In this document: one piece after another, positions 27,817 through 39,500 of the stretch
Position numbering within the stretch: position 1 is the first letter of the stretch
How the letters are laid out: every line of letters begins with the position of its first letter
Source of the DNA: a virus
IMG/VR virus record: IMGVR_UViG_3300044631_002183
Coordinates: 1 to 64,000 of that record
Direction: 5' to 3' (one strand)
DNA length: 64,000 nucleotides
Program-made: the position numbers and the translations under genes
Notes under the pieces: generated by a model
The model's input: the letters and a program-made list of their open reading frames with translations, nothing else
The model's database searches: none
What the model was told of the DNA's origin: nothing

Positions 27817-30800
27817 ATGGCCCAAGTAAAGAATAACAGCAGTATAAATATCACAAGGACTCAGTTTTCTTCTGGGCAAACAATTAACTTGGGAAACAGG
27901 TTATTCAATGGATATGTGTATTCCTTGTCTTTGGATGTAGGATTTGATGGAAATCCAAGCACTTTAACGTTAAACTTAGCTCTAAACAAAACAATAAAAG
28001 AGGCAAAAAATGCATCCTCAGTTCAAGAGCAAAGAAAGAAAGATATAGCTTTTTTAAATAATCTTAACTCCTCGAAGAATACTCAAACCACTTCTAAAGC
28101 TCAGATTAGTAATTTAAGCCAAGTATTCCAAGGCACTTCTAATACGATTTCTCAGCAAATCATAGACAAAGATTTCAATATAGAAGATAGGTACATGGGA
28201 GCTACAACTAGCTACAATATCACAATTGTAGATGGCGAAGGAAAGAAGACTTATCAATTAAAGAATTTCAAAATTTCATCTTACTCTCTTTCTAAAAGAA
28301 ACAATGAAAAGGTTTTGACCGTTGTATTTAAAGATAATGCTTTCGTTCTTGACAAAATATACGTTGGAGTATTGGGAGTTGAGGTCGCTATAGATGAAAG
28401 ATCAGAGATAGATGCTGTAGTAGATCAAATAAGACTAAATTGCCCATCAGTAAACGGATCAAAAGCTGGAGCCGTCACAAAAACTAATTTTATACAAAAG
28501 CTTCACTTCGCCGAATCTAAATTGGCTAAGAAATTAAATGTAGATTCTGAAAATACTCAAATCGTATATGATGTATCTACTGGTGCGGCTAGATCCAACT
28601 ATATTATAGTAAAATCATCAGATCCTTTAAAGCAAATCAATAATGGCTATGGAGCTATTATTTTGTTGGGAGAAGAGGATTTTAAAGACAGCATTTGCAA
28701 GGCTTCAGAAGTTTATTATTCATTCGATTCTTTGATAAAAGCGATGAAGGCTCTTGGTATAAAGATCATGCCGTCAGACGCTAAAGCTGCTATAACTGCT
28801 GGCGCGGCTGGCAGTAGCGGAAGCTCTGGGCAGACAGTCAATCCAGATTCTTTAAAGGATAAATCTTCCGGACAAATAAAAAGAAAATACTCTGGAACTC
28901 TTAAAAATGTTTTAGCTCAATGGTGCGATGAGTATTCTTATTCTTATGTTGTTGATTTCACAGACAACACGACTTCTTTATACAATGAAGTAAGAATAAA
29001 AGGAATAGATCTTTCAGACTCTGTATCTAAGGAAAATGTACTGCAAACAAAACTCGAAATTGAAAATTTAGAAAGCTCAGATTCCTCTAACTTTGTAATA
29101 AGATCTCAAGAATTCGATTATGATTTGAGCAAAAAGAATTTAAAGCTATACTCTTCTTTATACTTTAAAGACGCTAAAGAACAAACTATAGAATACTCGC
29201 GGACATTAGGCGAAAGACCTTTAAGAAATATAAAACTTTATTCTTTGTTTCCTCAATTATTTGGTAATCCCGCTGCCAGCCCTCCTGCTTACGATTTTTG
29301 TGGCTCGACAAGAACCTATGATCAGGTCGTTATATCTGCTATACTTGGAAAGTTTTCTCCAAAGCTAAGAGAGATATATAACTATAGCATAGGAGCTTAT
29401 CAGGCTCTGGGTTTTCTTCCTTTAGGAGGATCTAAAAACTCTTCTACGTTAGCTTACTTAGATAATAATAGCTTAATAGCATATGAAGCGGTAACTAGAG
29501 CTTTGGAATTGCAAAGCGAATTAATTTTTGATGACGCTGGAAATATATTAGTTGATATGAACTTGGGGTTCTACAACGAATCTTTAGCCAATAGCGTTTT
29601 AGCAATCGAGTCTTATATAGCTGATTTTATAGGTAAACATTATTGGACAGACGTACAAAGCGTGATGGATGGAGTAGCTGGAAACGAAGATGTTTTGATG
29701 CAATATACGGTAGAAACATCACCAGCAACACAAAAAGTTTTTACAAATGAGTTATACAAGTTACCAATTTTTCAAGATGCCAGATTCTTAATACAAAGCA
29801 TAGCAAGTTTATTTAATGGCACAGAAAGTTATTTTAAAGCTTTTTCAGAGTTTAACGCGTTAAAGAATAATGCAGAGAATATATGCTCTAAAGCAACTGA
29901 ATCTTATCAGAAATATCTTATAGATCTTAGCAGACTAAAACAAGTTAGATTTTATACTGCTAGATCAGATGCGGCTTATGGAATTTTCCAAGAATTAGTA
30001 AGAGGATTAGAGTATTTAGATTATTCTATAGGTTCTACCTCTGATCCTTTGGCGTCTAGCTCTCAATTGATAAGAATAAATTTAGCAGAGGCTTATGCGC
30101 CAATTTTCAAAGAGCTTTCTCCTGTTTCATTGGGAGTATTGCAAGCAGCCCTACCAATAGATGTAACTAATTTGCCTCTCGGGAATTATTCTTTCGGAGT
30201 ATTATTAGGTTATAAAAATATAAGCTCTCCTTCTACTTTAGCAGCGAACGTAGAAAAAGTGGGCCAGATATTTCAGTTCAACTTCTTCCCTTCTCAAGTA
30301 TTTACCAATCCAATCGAGTATCAAAATTCTATAGCGGAGAGATGCTCTGAATTACAAAGAATAATATATGAAGGTAATATAAATTCTCTGGAAGTTGGAA
30401 AAAAAGACTGTAATAAAACAATTTTTTATTCTGTATGCGTTCTTCCTCAAGAGCAAAGTAAAATAGAACGTAATAATGCCGCTATTTTAAAAGGCCTTGG
30501 ACCAGATCCAAATAAATGCCAGAGAATTCAAATTATAAGATCAATGCCAAGCCAGGCATTTTTATTGGCTCACGTCAGCAAGACATTACAAGCAAATAAT
30601 GGAATGTTGGCTTTGGAATCTCCATCTATAAATACAATAAGAGTTCAAAGCGCGAGATACCCAACACCTACTCAATGGACATCAGTTTCCAAGAGGCAGG
30701 AAATGGAATACATAACTTTACCTTCTCAAGTTGATTACATAACAACGCTTAAAAGCAAAAGCAATTCTCAAACTTTTATTCCGTTCAGAAATTTTATTAG

Positions 30801-31329
30801 AGGCGGTTTAGAGGATAAAGATGATATAAATAAAATCTTAAATAATGATGGATTCTCTTTGGAGCTAGATGTTAACAATATAACTCCAAACGTGAGAGAG
30901 CTTTACGCAGATGCAACAACGCCAAGTTTTGCCACGAATCAAACAATTGGTTCTGAGTTCGGAGATGGAACTCCAGTGGTAATGAATTTCCAAGGCTATT
31001 CTCAAGAAACTCAACCAAAATATGAGTTTGATACATTCAATTCATTCCATGATAAGCTAAAATCTTATTATGATTATAAAGCTTTGTCTTTATTGCAGCC
31101 AAATGTTAGCTATTCTGCTGATTTATTTTGCTCAAGTATAAGCGATGATTTAAAATCAATGCTTTCTATCGAAAATGGTTTGACTAAACTAAGTATAGCA
31201 TTAGCAGAAAATGGATTAAGTATACAATGCTCTTTCCAAAGTAATCCTCCTAGAGCGACCAATTTCCAAACACTAGTGTATAAAAATAGACCAAACATAA
31301 AACTTGTTAATACAAACTTCTTAAGCTAA
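27817..31329 (+). CDS. putative baseplate hub / tail-tip protein (1170 aa)
   Basis: VYSLSLDVGFDGNPSTLTLNL and YSGTLKNVLAQWCDEYSYSY resemble gp27/Tal hub motifs; position. Confidence 0.45.
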   Translation: MAQVKNNSSINITRTQFSSGQTINLGNRLFNGYVYSLSLDVGFDGNPSTLTLNLALNKTIKEAKNASSVQEQRKKDIAFLNNLNSSKNTQTTSKAQISNLSQVFQGTSNTISQQIIDKDFNIEDRYMGATTSYNITIVDGEGKKTYQLKNFKISSYSLSKRNNEKVLTVVFKDNAFVLDKIYVGVLGVEVAIDERSEIDAVVDQIRLNCPSVNGSKAGAVTKTNFIQKLHFAESKLAKKLNVDSENTQIVYDVSTGAARSNYIIVKSSDPLKQINNGYGAIILLGEEDFKDSICKASEVYYSFDSLIKAMKALGIKIMPSDAKAAITAGAAGSSGSSGQTVNPDSLKDKSSGQIKRKYSGTLKNVLAQWCDEYSYSYVVDFTDNTTSLYNEVRIKGIDLSDSVSKENVLQTKLEIENLESSDSSNFVIRSQEFDYDLSKKNLKLYSSLYFKDAKEQTIEYSRTLGERPLRNIKLYSLFPQLFGNPAASPPAYDFCGSTRTYDQVVISAILGKFSPKLREIYNYSIGAYQALGFLPLGGSKNSSTLAYLDNNSLIAYEAVTRALELQSELIFDDAGNILVDMNLGFYNESLANSVLAIESYIADFIGKHYWTDVQSVMDGVAGNEDVLMQYTVETSPATQKVFTNELYKLPIFQDARFLIQSIASLFNGTESYFKAFSEFNALKNNAENICSKATESYQKYLIDLSRLKQVRFYTARSDAAYGIFQELVRGLEYLDYSIGSTSDPLASSSQLIRINLAEAYAPIFKELSPVSLGVLQAALPIDVTNLPLGNYSFGVLLGYKNISSPSTLAANVEKVGQIFQFNFFPSQVFTNPIEYQNSIAERCSELQRIIYEGNINSLEVGKKDCNKTIFYSVCVLPQEQSKIERNNAAILKGLGPDPNKCQRIQIIRSMPSQAFLLAHVSKTLQANNGMLALESPSINTIRVQSARYPTPTQWTSVSKRQEMEYITLPSQVDYITTLKSKSNSQTFIPFRNFIRGGLEDKDDINKILNNDGFSLELDVNNITPNVRELYADATTPSFATNQTIGSEFGDGTPVVMNFQGYSQETQPKYEFDTFNSFHDKLKSYYDYKALSLLQPNVSYSADLFCSSISDDLKSMLSIENGLTKLSIALAENGLSIQCSFQSNPPRATNFQTLVYKNRPNIKLVNTNFLS

Positions 31330-32714
31330 TGATTATTTCAGGAAATACATTTAGAAGCGTTTTAAGAGAAAACCGTTTTTCTACGGATCTTGGTTTGTCT
31401 TTTGATACATGCACTGGAGTTTGCGACATAGGATTTAGTGGGCAAAGCAAAGTTTACAAAGTCTCTTTTGCGAGCGGCAAAATTTTCGATCACGAAAGCA
31501 GGTATTGCGGTTCTTATTTGCCAGATACTCAAGTAAATATTAATACTAATTTTTCAGGCACAGCTTATAATTATTCAATTAATTCAGATGAAATAGTAAG
31601 ATCTGGCGCTAAAGAAGACTTTTATGCCGAAAGATTTTTTGTAAATTTATCTGGATGCGTATTAGATGCTTCAATAGAAATCAGATCGGATAAACCGTCA
31701 CTTTCTTTATCTACAGATCAGACCTTTATAACTGGATCTTATATAACTGGCACTCTTTCATCTAATTCTCCAAGCGGAGTCAAGATATTCTCTGGGTACT
31801 TTGATTCCGAATCTCCATTTTCTTTTTATAGCATACCTACTGGATTGGTAAAAGCTTCAAGCAGCCAACAAATTTTAATACAGCAAAACTATCCATCTCT
31901 TGGAGGATTAATATCTAATTATACTTTAAATACAAGCGCAGGAGATTACGATAATGAATTAACAATTACTGGAGTAGATGTTCCATTTTTAAATTATATT
32001 TTTGAAGTAGAGGAAGGAACAAATACTTTAGACTCAATTACTCAAGCAACATTTACAAGTGGAGTATCTAAAGTAGGCTCTTTAATTTTAAACTATGGAT
32101 ACGAAACAAATAGAGAAGAGCTTGTTCCAACTGGATTGCCAATTAATATATCATTAACTTATTACTCAGGAGTAACTGGTTACATGGGAATGGTCAGCGA
32201 TGTTGTCATCGCCAGCGGTGGCAATGGCTATCTTGCAGCACCAACAGTAATATTTAGCGGAGGCGGCGCATCAATTGCTGCTTCTGGGCAAGCTATATTG
32301 GGCGTAGATAGCCTGACTTATGATTCTGTAGTTGATGTCAATATGACATATTTTGGATCAGGATACAATTCTACCCCTACAGTAATTTTTTCTGGAGGCA
32401 CGGGAATATTAAATAATTTTAATCCAAATATAGCCAGTGGAATCGCTGAAACATCTTTTTACACAAAGAGCGTCACAGGATTTTTCGACTTAAGAACAGG
32501 AATAAATGATAATTTAGTAAGCTATAGAGATAATTCTTTCACATCTGGGTCTGCTGGTTATGTGAAAAATAATGTTTTTATAACCGACACATCTTCAATA
32601 ACAGTGCAAGTTGTCTATGATACAAAATTCGATAATGAAATTCTTGTGGCTAAACTAACACTGAGTGGAATAGATAATAATATTATAGAAAAGCACATAA
32701 CAGGAGTAAAATAA
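31329..32714 (+). CDS. tail-associated structural protein with GxGY..PTV.FSGG repeats
   Basis: SGGNGYLAAPTVIFSGG and GSGYNSTPTVIFSGG repeats typical of phage baseplate/fibre proteins; about 29 S/T-G dipeptides. Confidence 0.55.
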   Translation: MIISGNTFRSVLRENRFSTDLGLSFDTCTGVCDIGFSGQSKVYKVSFASGKIFDHESRYCGSYLPDTQVNINTNFSGTAYNYSINSDEIVRSGAKEDFYAERFFVNLSGCVLDASIEIRSDKPSLSLSTDQTFITGSYITGTLSSNSPSGVKIFSGYFDSESPFSFYSIPTGLVKASSSQQILIQQNYPSLGGLISNYTLNTSAGDYDNELTITGVDVPFLNYIFEVEEGTNTLDSITQATFTSGVSKVGSLILNYGYETNREELVPTGLPINISLTYYSGVTGYMGMVSDVVIASGGNGYLAAPTVIFSGGGASIAASGQAILGVDSLTYDSVVDVNMTYFGSGYNSTPTVIFSGGTGILNNFNPNIASGIAETSFYTKSVTGFFDLRTGINDNLVSYRDNSFTSGSAGYVKNNVFITDTSSITVQVVYDTKFDNEILVAKLTLSGIDNNIIEKHITGVK

Positions 32715-32718
32715 ATAA

Positions 32719-33291
32719 ATGAGAAAATCAACGCTAGTATCTAACGACGCATACCCTTTCATAGCAACATGGAATGGTTCTAACGCGAATACAGCCACTG
32801 GCCTGAAGGTTAATGCTGCTCTCAAGCAAGTAGTAATTTCTCAAATTGGAGCTCAGGCAGCGGCTCTATTCGAGAACGATTTTATAAATTATAACGATGG
32901 ATTTATATTGTGCCAGAATATCCCTGATAATCTAAATACTCTTTTTGCTGCTACTGCTAATACAACAACAAAAAATTTTAGAAAGACATTACGTTTCACG
33001 CCAGTGAAAATGCCAGCAACATTCAAAGGCCAGAAAGGAAATCTATCCAGCAACTACGAATATGGAGAAAGATTGCGCGTTTCCGTATCTGTAGAGTCTG
33101 TAAATAATAATCAGACTGTAATTAAAGCTAGACAAATACCAACTATAAATGGAACGCCTGTGCAGCTAAGAGCTGGGCCAATAAAAAATAATTCTGGCGT
33201 GAATTTCTTAGTTTATAGAGATGCTAATATGGCAGCTAGAACTTTAAAGTCTCAATCCGGTGGAGGCGGTGGGATTGGAGTGTGGAGTTAA
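32719..33291 (+). CDS. hypothetical protein in tail module (190 aa)
   Basis: ATG ORF filling the gap exactly; Gly-run C-terminus. Confidence 0.55.
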   Translation: MRKSTLVSNDAYPFIATWNGSNANTATGLKVNAALKQVVISQIGAQAAALFENDFINYNDGFILCQNIPDNLNTLFAATANTTTKNFRKTLRFTPVKMPATFKGQKGNLSSNYEYGERLRVSVSVESVNNNQTVIKARQIPTINGTPVQLRAGPIKNNSGVNFLVYRDANMAARTLKSQSGGGGGIGVWS

Positions 33292-33294
33292 TTT

Positions 33295-36200
33295 ATGCCA
33301 TCTCTTCCTCTAGCCAAAAAAGTAAAAATTAATCAACAAACTGATTACGAACATCATAATCTTTTAGCTGAAGCATTTAATGAAAAGATTCTTTCTGGAC
33401 TAGGAGACTGCTCTTGGAGAATATTTTACTACGCTTTTTCGATGTTCAGAGGATTGAGAAATCCTCAAGACAGTAATTATCCGGCTCAAGATGAGTGGTT
33501 TAAATTCTATGCTAATCTAGAGCCAAAGATGACATATGGAAAATTTGGTTGGCCAGAGGCTCAAGCTGGAGAAGCTCAAGGGGCTAATGTCGCTAATCCA
33601 TTCATGGCTTGGATATTCGGGAGAGCTTCTAGAGTCACTCAAGCGAACGGGACTAAGGACGATACAAAAGATGGCGTTCATGGATACTGGTCGGAGCCAA
33701 TTCGTTTATCTGGTTTGGAATTAGCGTTGCCTAAAAATATGCCATCTAAAATTAGTGGCGATCCAAATTTAAATATAGTATGGAGCGATTCAGAAATACA
33801 AAGAGGCTGTTTAGCTTTCGAGGCTAACTTCAAATATTTGAATAAAGGAGGAGCACTAGGAACTAAAACCCTAGAACTAGCATCTCTTGGAATATGCTCT
33901 GCTGCAAGAAGGCATCTAAGATATGTCACAGAGGCCGTTTCCACTGGAAGATACGCTCCAAGCTATGTTCCAGATCAAGAAGGCAAGGGCGGGATATTCA
34001 GAAAAAAGAACGCTTCTAAAGATCAAATAGAGCAGGCTATATTTTATTATCTAAGCTTTTTTAGAGGCACAGAAGACCAGAGAGCGAGGCACACAATCAA
34101 GGGAAAAAATGTAATCACTCATGGATTTGACTTTGAGAAGTTTTTCTCTAAGCAGTTTCTTTTAGCTCCTAATTATTCTAGGCCAAAATACGAATTGAAT
34201 CCTAATGGATCAATAAAGCTAGATAATTTAGGCAATAAAAAAATAAAATATGACTCTTTTGGTTATCCAGAGCTTTTCCCAGAAGGTCCAGGCAGTTTTA
34301 TTTGGACAATTGGTTATAATTATGCTACTTTAAATACTGCAACAAGCGCTTATTCTGTAAAGACAAATTCTAGTGACGCGTTCTTATTTAAAGGCCAAGA
34401 TAACGGAAAAGAACTAAAATCTTTCAATACCAATCCTCCAGATTCCAATAATAGATTTTGCTTGTCTGCTATATTTATTCAAACTTCAGATATAGCTTGT
34501 TCTTATACAGATTCTGATAATTTCTTACTTTCTGGATTGTATATTGATGTTTATGTTAATGGAGAGATATACGAATCGATACCAATAACTCAAAACGACA
34601 GATATCTCATTAGTAATAGGACGGGAGTTGTCAATGATGTAAGCCTTAATTCTACTAATCAATATAGAATTTATCAATTTAATAAAATACACTACTTTGT
34701 TTATCCTGTAAAAGGACAAGTTTCATTTAGAGTTAGGGGATCAGAAGGCGTGACTGAGCCTACTTTTAATAATTTTGGCACGCTTCAGCTAGGAAAGAAA
34801 ATTGTAACACCAACAGTAACTCAACAATCTTTTTCAATAACTATACAGTTCGCTCACGTTCTAGAAATGAAGCCCAGCGCTGCTGACGCTTACGTTATGA
34901 TGAGAGTGGCAACAACTGAGGGCGCAGGAACAGATGCTGGTCAAATGGACCCAGTAGGGCATTTTAACGCAGACACAGCTAAAACAGTTTTCACAAATTA
35001 TAGCAGATATGGAGTGGCATATAATTTTAGAAGCAAGACATTGTATCAAAACGATGCTTATGTGAGCGCAAATCCAGTCTACGAGTCTGCTAGAAAATTT
35101 ATTTCTGGTAATGTAAGAATGGCGGATAGAACAGCTTTAGTTGATTATGAAATAGACGCGGATGGAAATTCTGTATTATATTTTAATAGATATGCGCTAG
35201 GTATGAAAAATACTGGCGTAGATATATTTAGAAATATGGGTCCATCAATAACAGAAGTGGGCAATAGATCTATAAGAGGAGCAAAGCCAGAAACATTTAT
35301 TCCAATAACTAAAGGGAAGTGGTATATTGTAGTAGAATTAGACACTCCAAGAAGAGGCTCTTCTTATGTAACTTACGTTGATAATAATAAGAAAAAAATA
35401 CTAAAGCACGGATCTACATTCAGAGGCGGAGATTATTATTTTGTATCAGAGTATTCTACTGGTACAATAGGTGTGTATGAACTAGATGGAATAACTCCAG
35501 AGTCTTTGATATCGGCGATAGAAAAGCAAGAAATAGTAATAGATGGAGTAAAACAAAAAGTATCTGGAAACATAAGCAATGAATGGACGATGTTCATGAC
35601 TTATAACTTGTACCATTGGTCCAATAGTTCTTACTGGAAGCCTTCAATGTATGGCGATGTAATGGGAGCATTGAATGCTAGATGCTTGACCGCAAGTCAG
35701 TCTTTGGAGCCGCTGAGAGGAACTTCCAGAAACGTAAAAAAGGCTTTAGCGAATGTATCTTGGAGACCAAATGACTTGCCACTTATTGTAGAAGCTCCAT
35801 CTGGATATAATTACATAGAGAGCGCAAATACTAAACCTCAATATGGAGACTGGAGAGGGAATTTGGATTATCCAAGCAACTTTGCTGCTAGTTGCCCTAT
35901 ATATAAGCCTCCTTATAAAATTAAATCTATAGTAAGAGTCAATCCATACGATCCAAGATCAGATGTGATAAAAGTAATAATAGAAAATAGATTACAAAAT
36001 ACAGGTAAAAGTGTAGATCCTTCTCTTGGTCTTGGCAAGCTTTCTGATGTTCCAAAGGGAAGGCTGTCTAATAAATTGCAAGACTTTATAAAATTTGCCG
36101 AATCAAACGTGGATCTTTATAGGACAGATGAGAACGCTTTGATCAACTATCTTTGCCACACTATGGCAGGAATACAATGCCCAAGAGGAATTACTGGGGA

Positions 36201-36564
36201 TGTTTCTATGGATAATGGAGGGTTTTGGCAAAAACAAAGACCTTTTGGCTGTTGTTATCCTAGATTCTATTTCGTGAAACTGATTCCTAAAGTATCAAAA
36301 AATACAGTAATGTATTCAGATCACTATATGCAAATGGAATATTATTTAAGAGCTATGTGTAATGGCTTTATAAATAAAGGATCTGAAATGGAACCAGGAC
36401 AAGTACAAGCTATTATACAAGCTGGATTAAGTGGAATAACTATACCGGGTGGATATGATTCTGCCGTAGGGGACTATTTATTTGAAGACTTAATGAGAAA
36501 TTCTTATGATAATGGGAGCGATCAAGCTTCTCCTATTAGTCCCAATATGGTAGGAAGACAATAA
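33295..36564 (+). CDS. large tail-associated protein (1089 aa)
   Basis: Long ORF; N-terminal HNLLAEAFN helix; G..Y.V...G.TF.G fibre-type motif; no catalytic family recognised. Confidence 0.55.
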   Translation: MPSLPLAKKVKINQQTDYEHHNLLAEAFNEKILSGLGDCSWRIFYYAFSMFRGLRNPQDSNYPAQDEWFKFYANLEPKMTYGKFGWPEAQAGEAQGANVANPFMAWIFGRASRVTQANGTKDDTKDGVHGYWSEPIRLSGLELALPKNMPSKISGDPNLNIVWSDSEIQRGCLAFEANFKYLNKGGALGTKTLELASLGICSAARRHLRYVTEAVSTGRYAPSYVPDQEGKGGIFRKKNASKDQIEQAIFYYLSFFRGTEDQRARHTIKGKNVITHGFDFEKFFSKQFLLAPNYSRPKYELNPNGSIKLDNLGNKKIKYDSFGYPELFPEGPGSFIWTIGYNYATLNTATSAYSVKTNSSDAFLFKGQDNGKELKSFNTNPPDSNNRFCLSAIFIQTSDIACSYTDSDNFLLSGLYIDVYVNGEIYESIPITQNDRYLISNRTGVVNDVSLNSTNQYRIYQFNKIHYFVYPVKGQVSFRVRGSEGVTEPTFNNFGTLQLGKKIVTPTVTQQSFSITIQFAHVLEMKPSAADAYVMMRVATTEGAGTDAGQMDPVGHFNADTAKTVFTNYSRYGVAYNFRSKTLYQNDAYVSANPVYESARKFISGNVRMADRTALVDYEIDADGNSVLYFNRYALGMKNTGVDIFRNMGPSITEVGNRSIRGAKPETFIPITKGKWYIVVELDTPRRGSSYVTYVDNNKKKILKHGSTFRGGDYYFVSEYSTGTIGVYELDGITPESLISAIEKQEIVIDGVKQKVSGNISNEWTMFMTYNLYHWSNSSYWKPSMYGDVMGALNARCLTASQSLEPLRGTSRNVKKALANVSWRPNDLPLIVEAPSGYNYIESANTKPQYGDWRGNLDYPSNFAASCPIYKPPYKIKSIVRVNPYDPRSDVIKVIIENRLQNTGKSVDPSLGLGKLSDVPKGRLSNKLQDFIKFAESNVDLYRTDENALINYLCHTMAGIQCPRGITGDVSMDNGGFWQKQRPFGCCYPRFYFVKLIPKVSKNTVMYSDHYMQMEYYLRAMCNGFINKGSEMEPGQVQAIIQAGLSGITIPGGYDSAVGDYLFEDLMRNSYDNGSDQASPISPNMVGRQ

Positions 36565-36565
36565 T

Positions 36566-39500
36566 ATGAGTGTAGAAACAGACAATAAGGATTTTATAAC
36601 AACAGCTTTGTCCGCAGTTGGACCTAGCTTGACTCCAGATTTCTCTAAATACACTTATGGATTATGGGTTTCATTTTTCGAGAATCCAAACCATAGCGAG
36701 AATGGATATACCGTACCAAAGCCTTTGGTAGAAGATATAGTAGCTTCAAAATTTGCAGTAACAGGAAAAAGATTCTCTATAATTAATTACGAAGGAGAAG
36801 CCCCGAAGGCTAGATTTTTTTTGACTGAGGGTTTTCTTGGGTTAGATGGTTATGATTATTTAAGAGACTTTGAGATAACAGATAGATTCATATCTGGGTC
36901 TAATCCAAACGTAATAATGCCAGACATGGATTACGCTGGCAAGGTTTATCGTAGATACGAGATTACAGGCTTAACTAAATCAAAATCCACAAACAATGAT
37001 ATCTTAACTGTATCAGGAGAAGACTGGGCGCAGACTAGTATTCCTGTAAGCGCTAACAATACAGACAATATTTATACCTATACAGATTCAGGATACTCAG
37101 GATACAGAAATGAAGTAACTACAAGATATAAATTCTTATATAACGATAGCGGAAACTCTTTGGTGCAAGACTCTTCTATTTTTGAGATTCCTTTTCAATT
37201 AGAAAATCAGTCTTCGTTAAAATATAGAATATCTAGAGCAAGTGAACCGCTTGGTATTTATGATTTTGCAGAATTAACCGCAGATGGCAAGGCGATAATA
37301 GATTATTCTAAGTATAAGGAAGAGGTTTCTGGAACTATAGATGGGCAAATAGTTTACAACTTTGAGCCGATATCCCAGCTTTCTTTCGGATCGGGAGAAT
37401 TCAACGATATACTAGAAAAGAACATAACGAATAGAAAAAAAATATACGATCCATCTTTAACTGGTTTTAGCATATCTAAGAGCAATAATTTATTTAAATT
37501 CGCACTACAATCTACTGGAAATTTCGATGATATTTATAAGGTTGATGTTTCAGTAGAAAGATTTAATCTCAAAGATAAACCAAATATCTCTGGTTATGTA
37601 ATGTCAAGTTATGATATAGGTGATGGACCGGTAACTATATCATTATCTTCGGGGCTAAATGTCTTCCCAAGAGTAAATGAAGACGGATCTCCATTTGGAT
37701 ACGACAATCTTCAAGACTTGATTGACGTAGAACAAATAGCTGAATCTGAAAAATATGCTCAAGATATACAAATACCAGATGCGGGAGATGAGGAAGACGA
37801 AAGTCAATTATCTAAAGCTATTGAAGATAATTTCTCTGCTACAATAAAAGCAATCAATGGCGAATTTGAAGAAGATCCACAAGACAATAGAGATGGAGAA
37901 GCTTGGGAGGTTAGATCTCAAATAGACTCTAATGATGAAGAGTATTTAACGCAGCAGAATAATGAAATCCAATATTACAAGACTGCTTTACCTAACTTTC
38001 CTCTTCCTAAAAAAATTATAACAAAAGACTTCTATTCAAATTATATAAATTCTGGAGAAAGTTATATTGTTACTCCATTAGCTAGTTATGGATTAGATCC
38101 TACATTCACAGCTTGCGGAGATCAATTCGGAGTATTGGGCTATTATATAAATGAAAGCGAAGTCCCCGGGCAAGAGTCTGTTTTTAGAACGGTAGTGAAC
38201 TCTACTTGCGACGGCCTTTACATTGACGCTACTGGATTCTGCAAAGGAGATTCAGCAATATACGATAACAAAAGATATAAAACAGATGGATTAAAAATCC
38301 AAAACGGATTAGTAACCCAAATTACAGAGAGCGGAGTAATATCAAAAGACGCTTTCATAAATCAAGAGTCTTGGTTAAAGGCTATAAATTACTTCTATAC
38401 TAAAAATTATGTAGCTTCTTTTAATGTATATCCATCTCTGCCAGAGGCCAGTTACAACACTCTTTTTTCACAAGCTCTAAGAGAAGTAAACGAGAGAATA
38501 GGCGGACCAGTTGGAAGTAATGACAGTAGTTCTTTTTATTCTAATGGAGCTAGAAATCCAAGAATATTCGTAGAAAGAGAAATCTATACAAATTCTTATA
38601 GAAGAGACGAATCTTTTGAAATAAATCAGGCTATCACAAGTGGTGTCTACACACCTAGCGATGCCGATTTGGCTAATGAAGAAGTAGAAAAGCTATACTG
38701 CGTACACACATACGAACCAAGCGACGAATCTAGTTTTGTCAAAGATAAGCAGGCTTATTTTTATCCAGTTCAAGATTATAAAGAAGATGTGACTTTTAGA
38801 AAATTTTTAGAGACTTCTGCGGCTGGTTTATCATATACTACTGGAGAAAATTTTGGCACTGTTTCATTTATCGATGGAGATGGAGATCCTGATAAGTTAT
38901 TCAGATTGGAATACGTTACTGGTAATGCTTTTAGTTATAATGGCGTTTCCAGTTCTATAGCGTGGTCTGGGCCAGCGACTCCAGCTTCTAACATATCAAT
39001 AATTGATCAAAATACTAAAAACTATTCATATCACTTGTATGGATATAATAATAATTCTGATATTTTGTCTTTCTTAGATAGTAATGTTATTAGCGGCGAC
39101 TCCGTTTCATCTAATTCTTTTTCTAATTTAGCGGTTGTAAAGTTCGTAAAACAAGGTCTAACAGACTCTGTTTTTAGAATAGAAAAAGATGAAGACAATA
39201 CTAAAGTAACGTTATCTTCTCTTAACCTTAGCGTTGCTGATGCTGCCGGGAATTTGTTAGCTCCTTCCAAGGTAAGGGTAAATATTCAAACTTATAATTA
39301 TAAAGTCCAAAGTAATGTTGAGAATCATCAATGGACCGTCTTCAATCAAAATCCAATCAACAATAATATATACGGAGATAGAAAAACAAATAATCTATCT
39401 GAGCCAAGATTCTTTCAAGACGACGCGGAAGATACAAAAGATGTATTGTCTACTTTATTCTTTTTTCCAAATGGGCCTTACACTTCTAAAAATTATGAAG

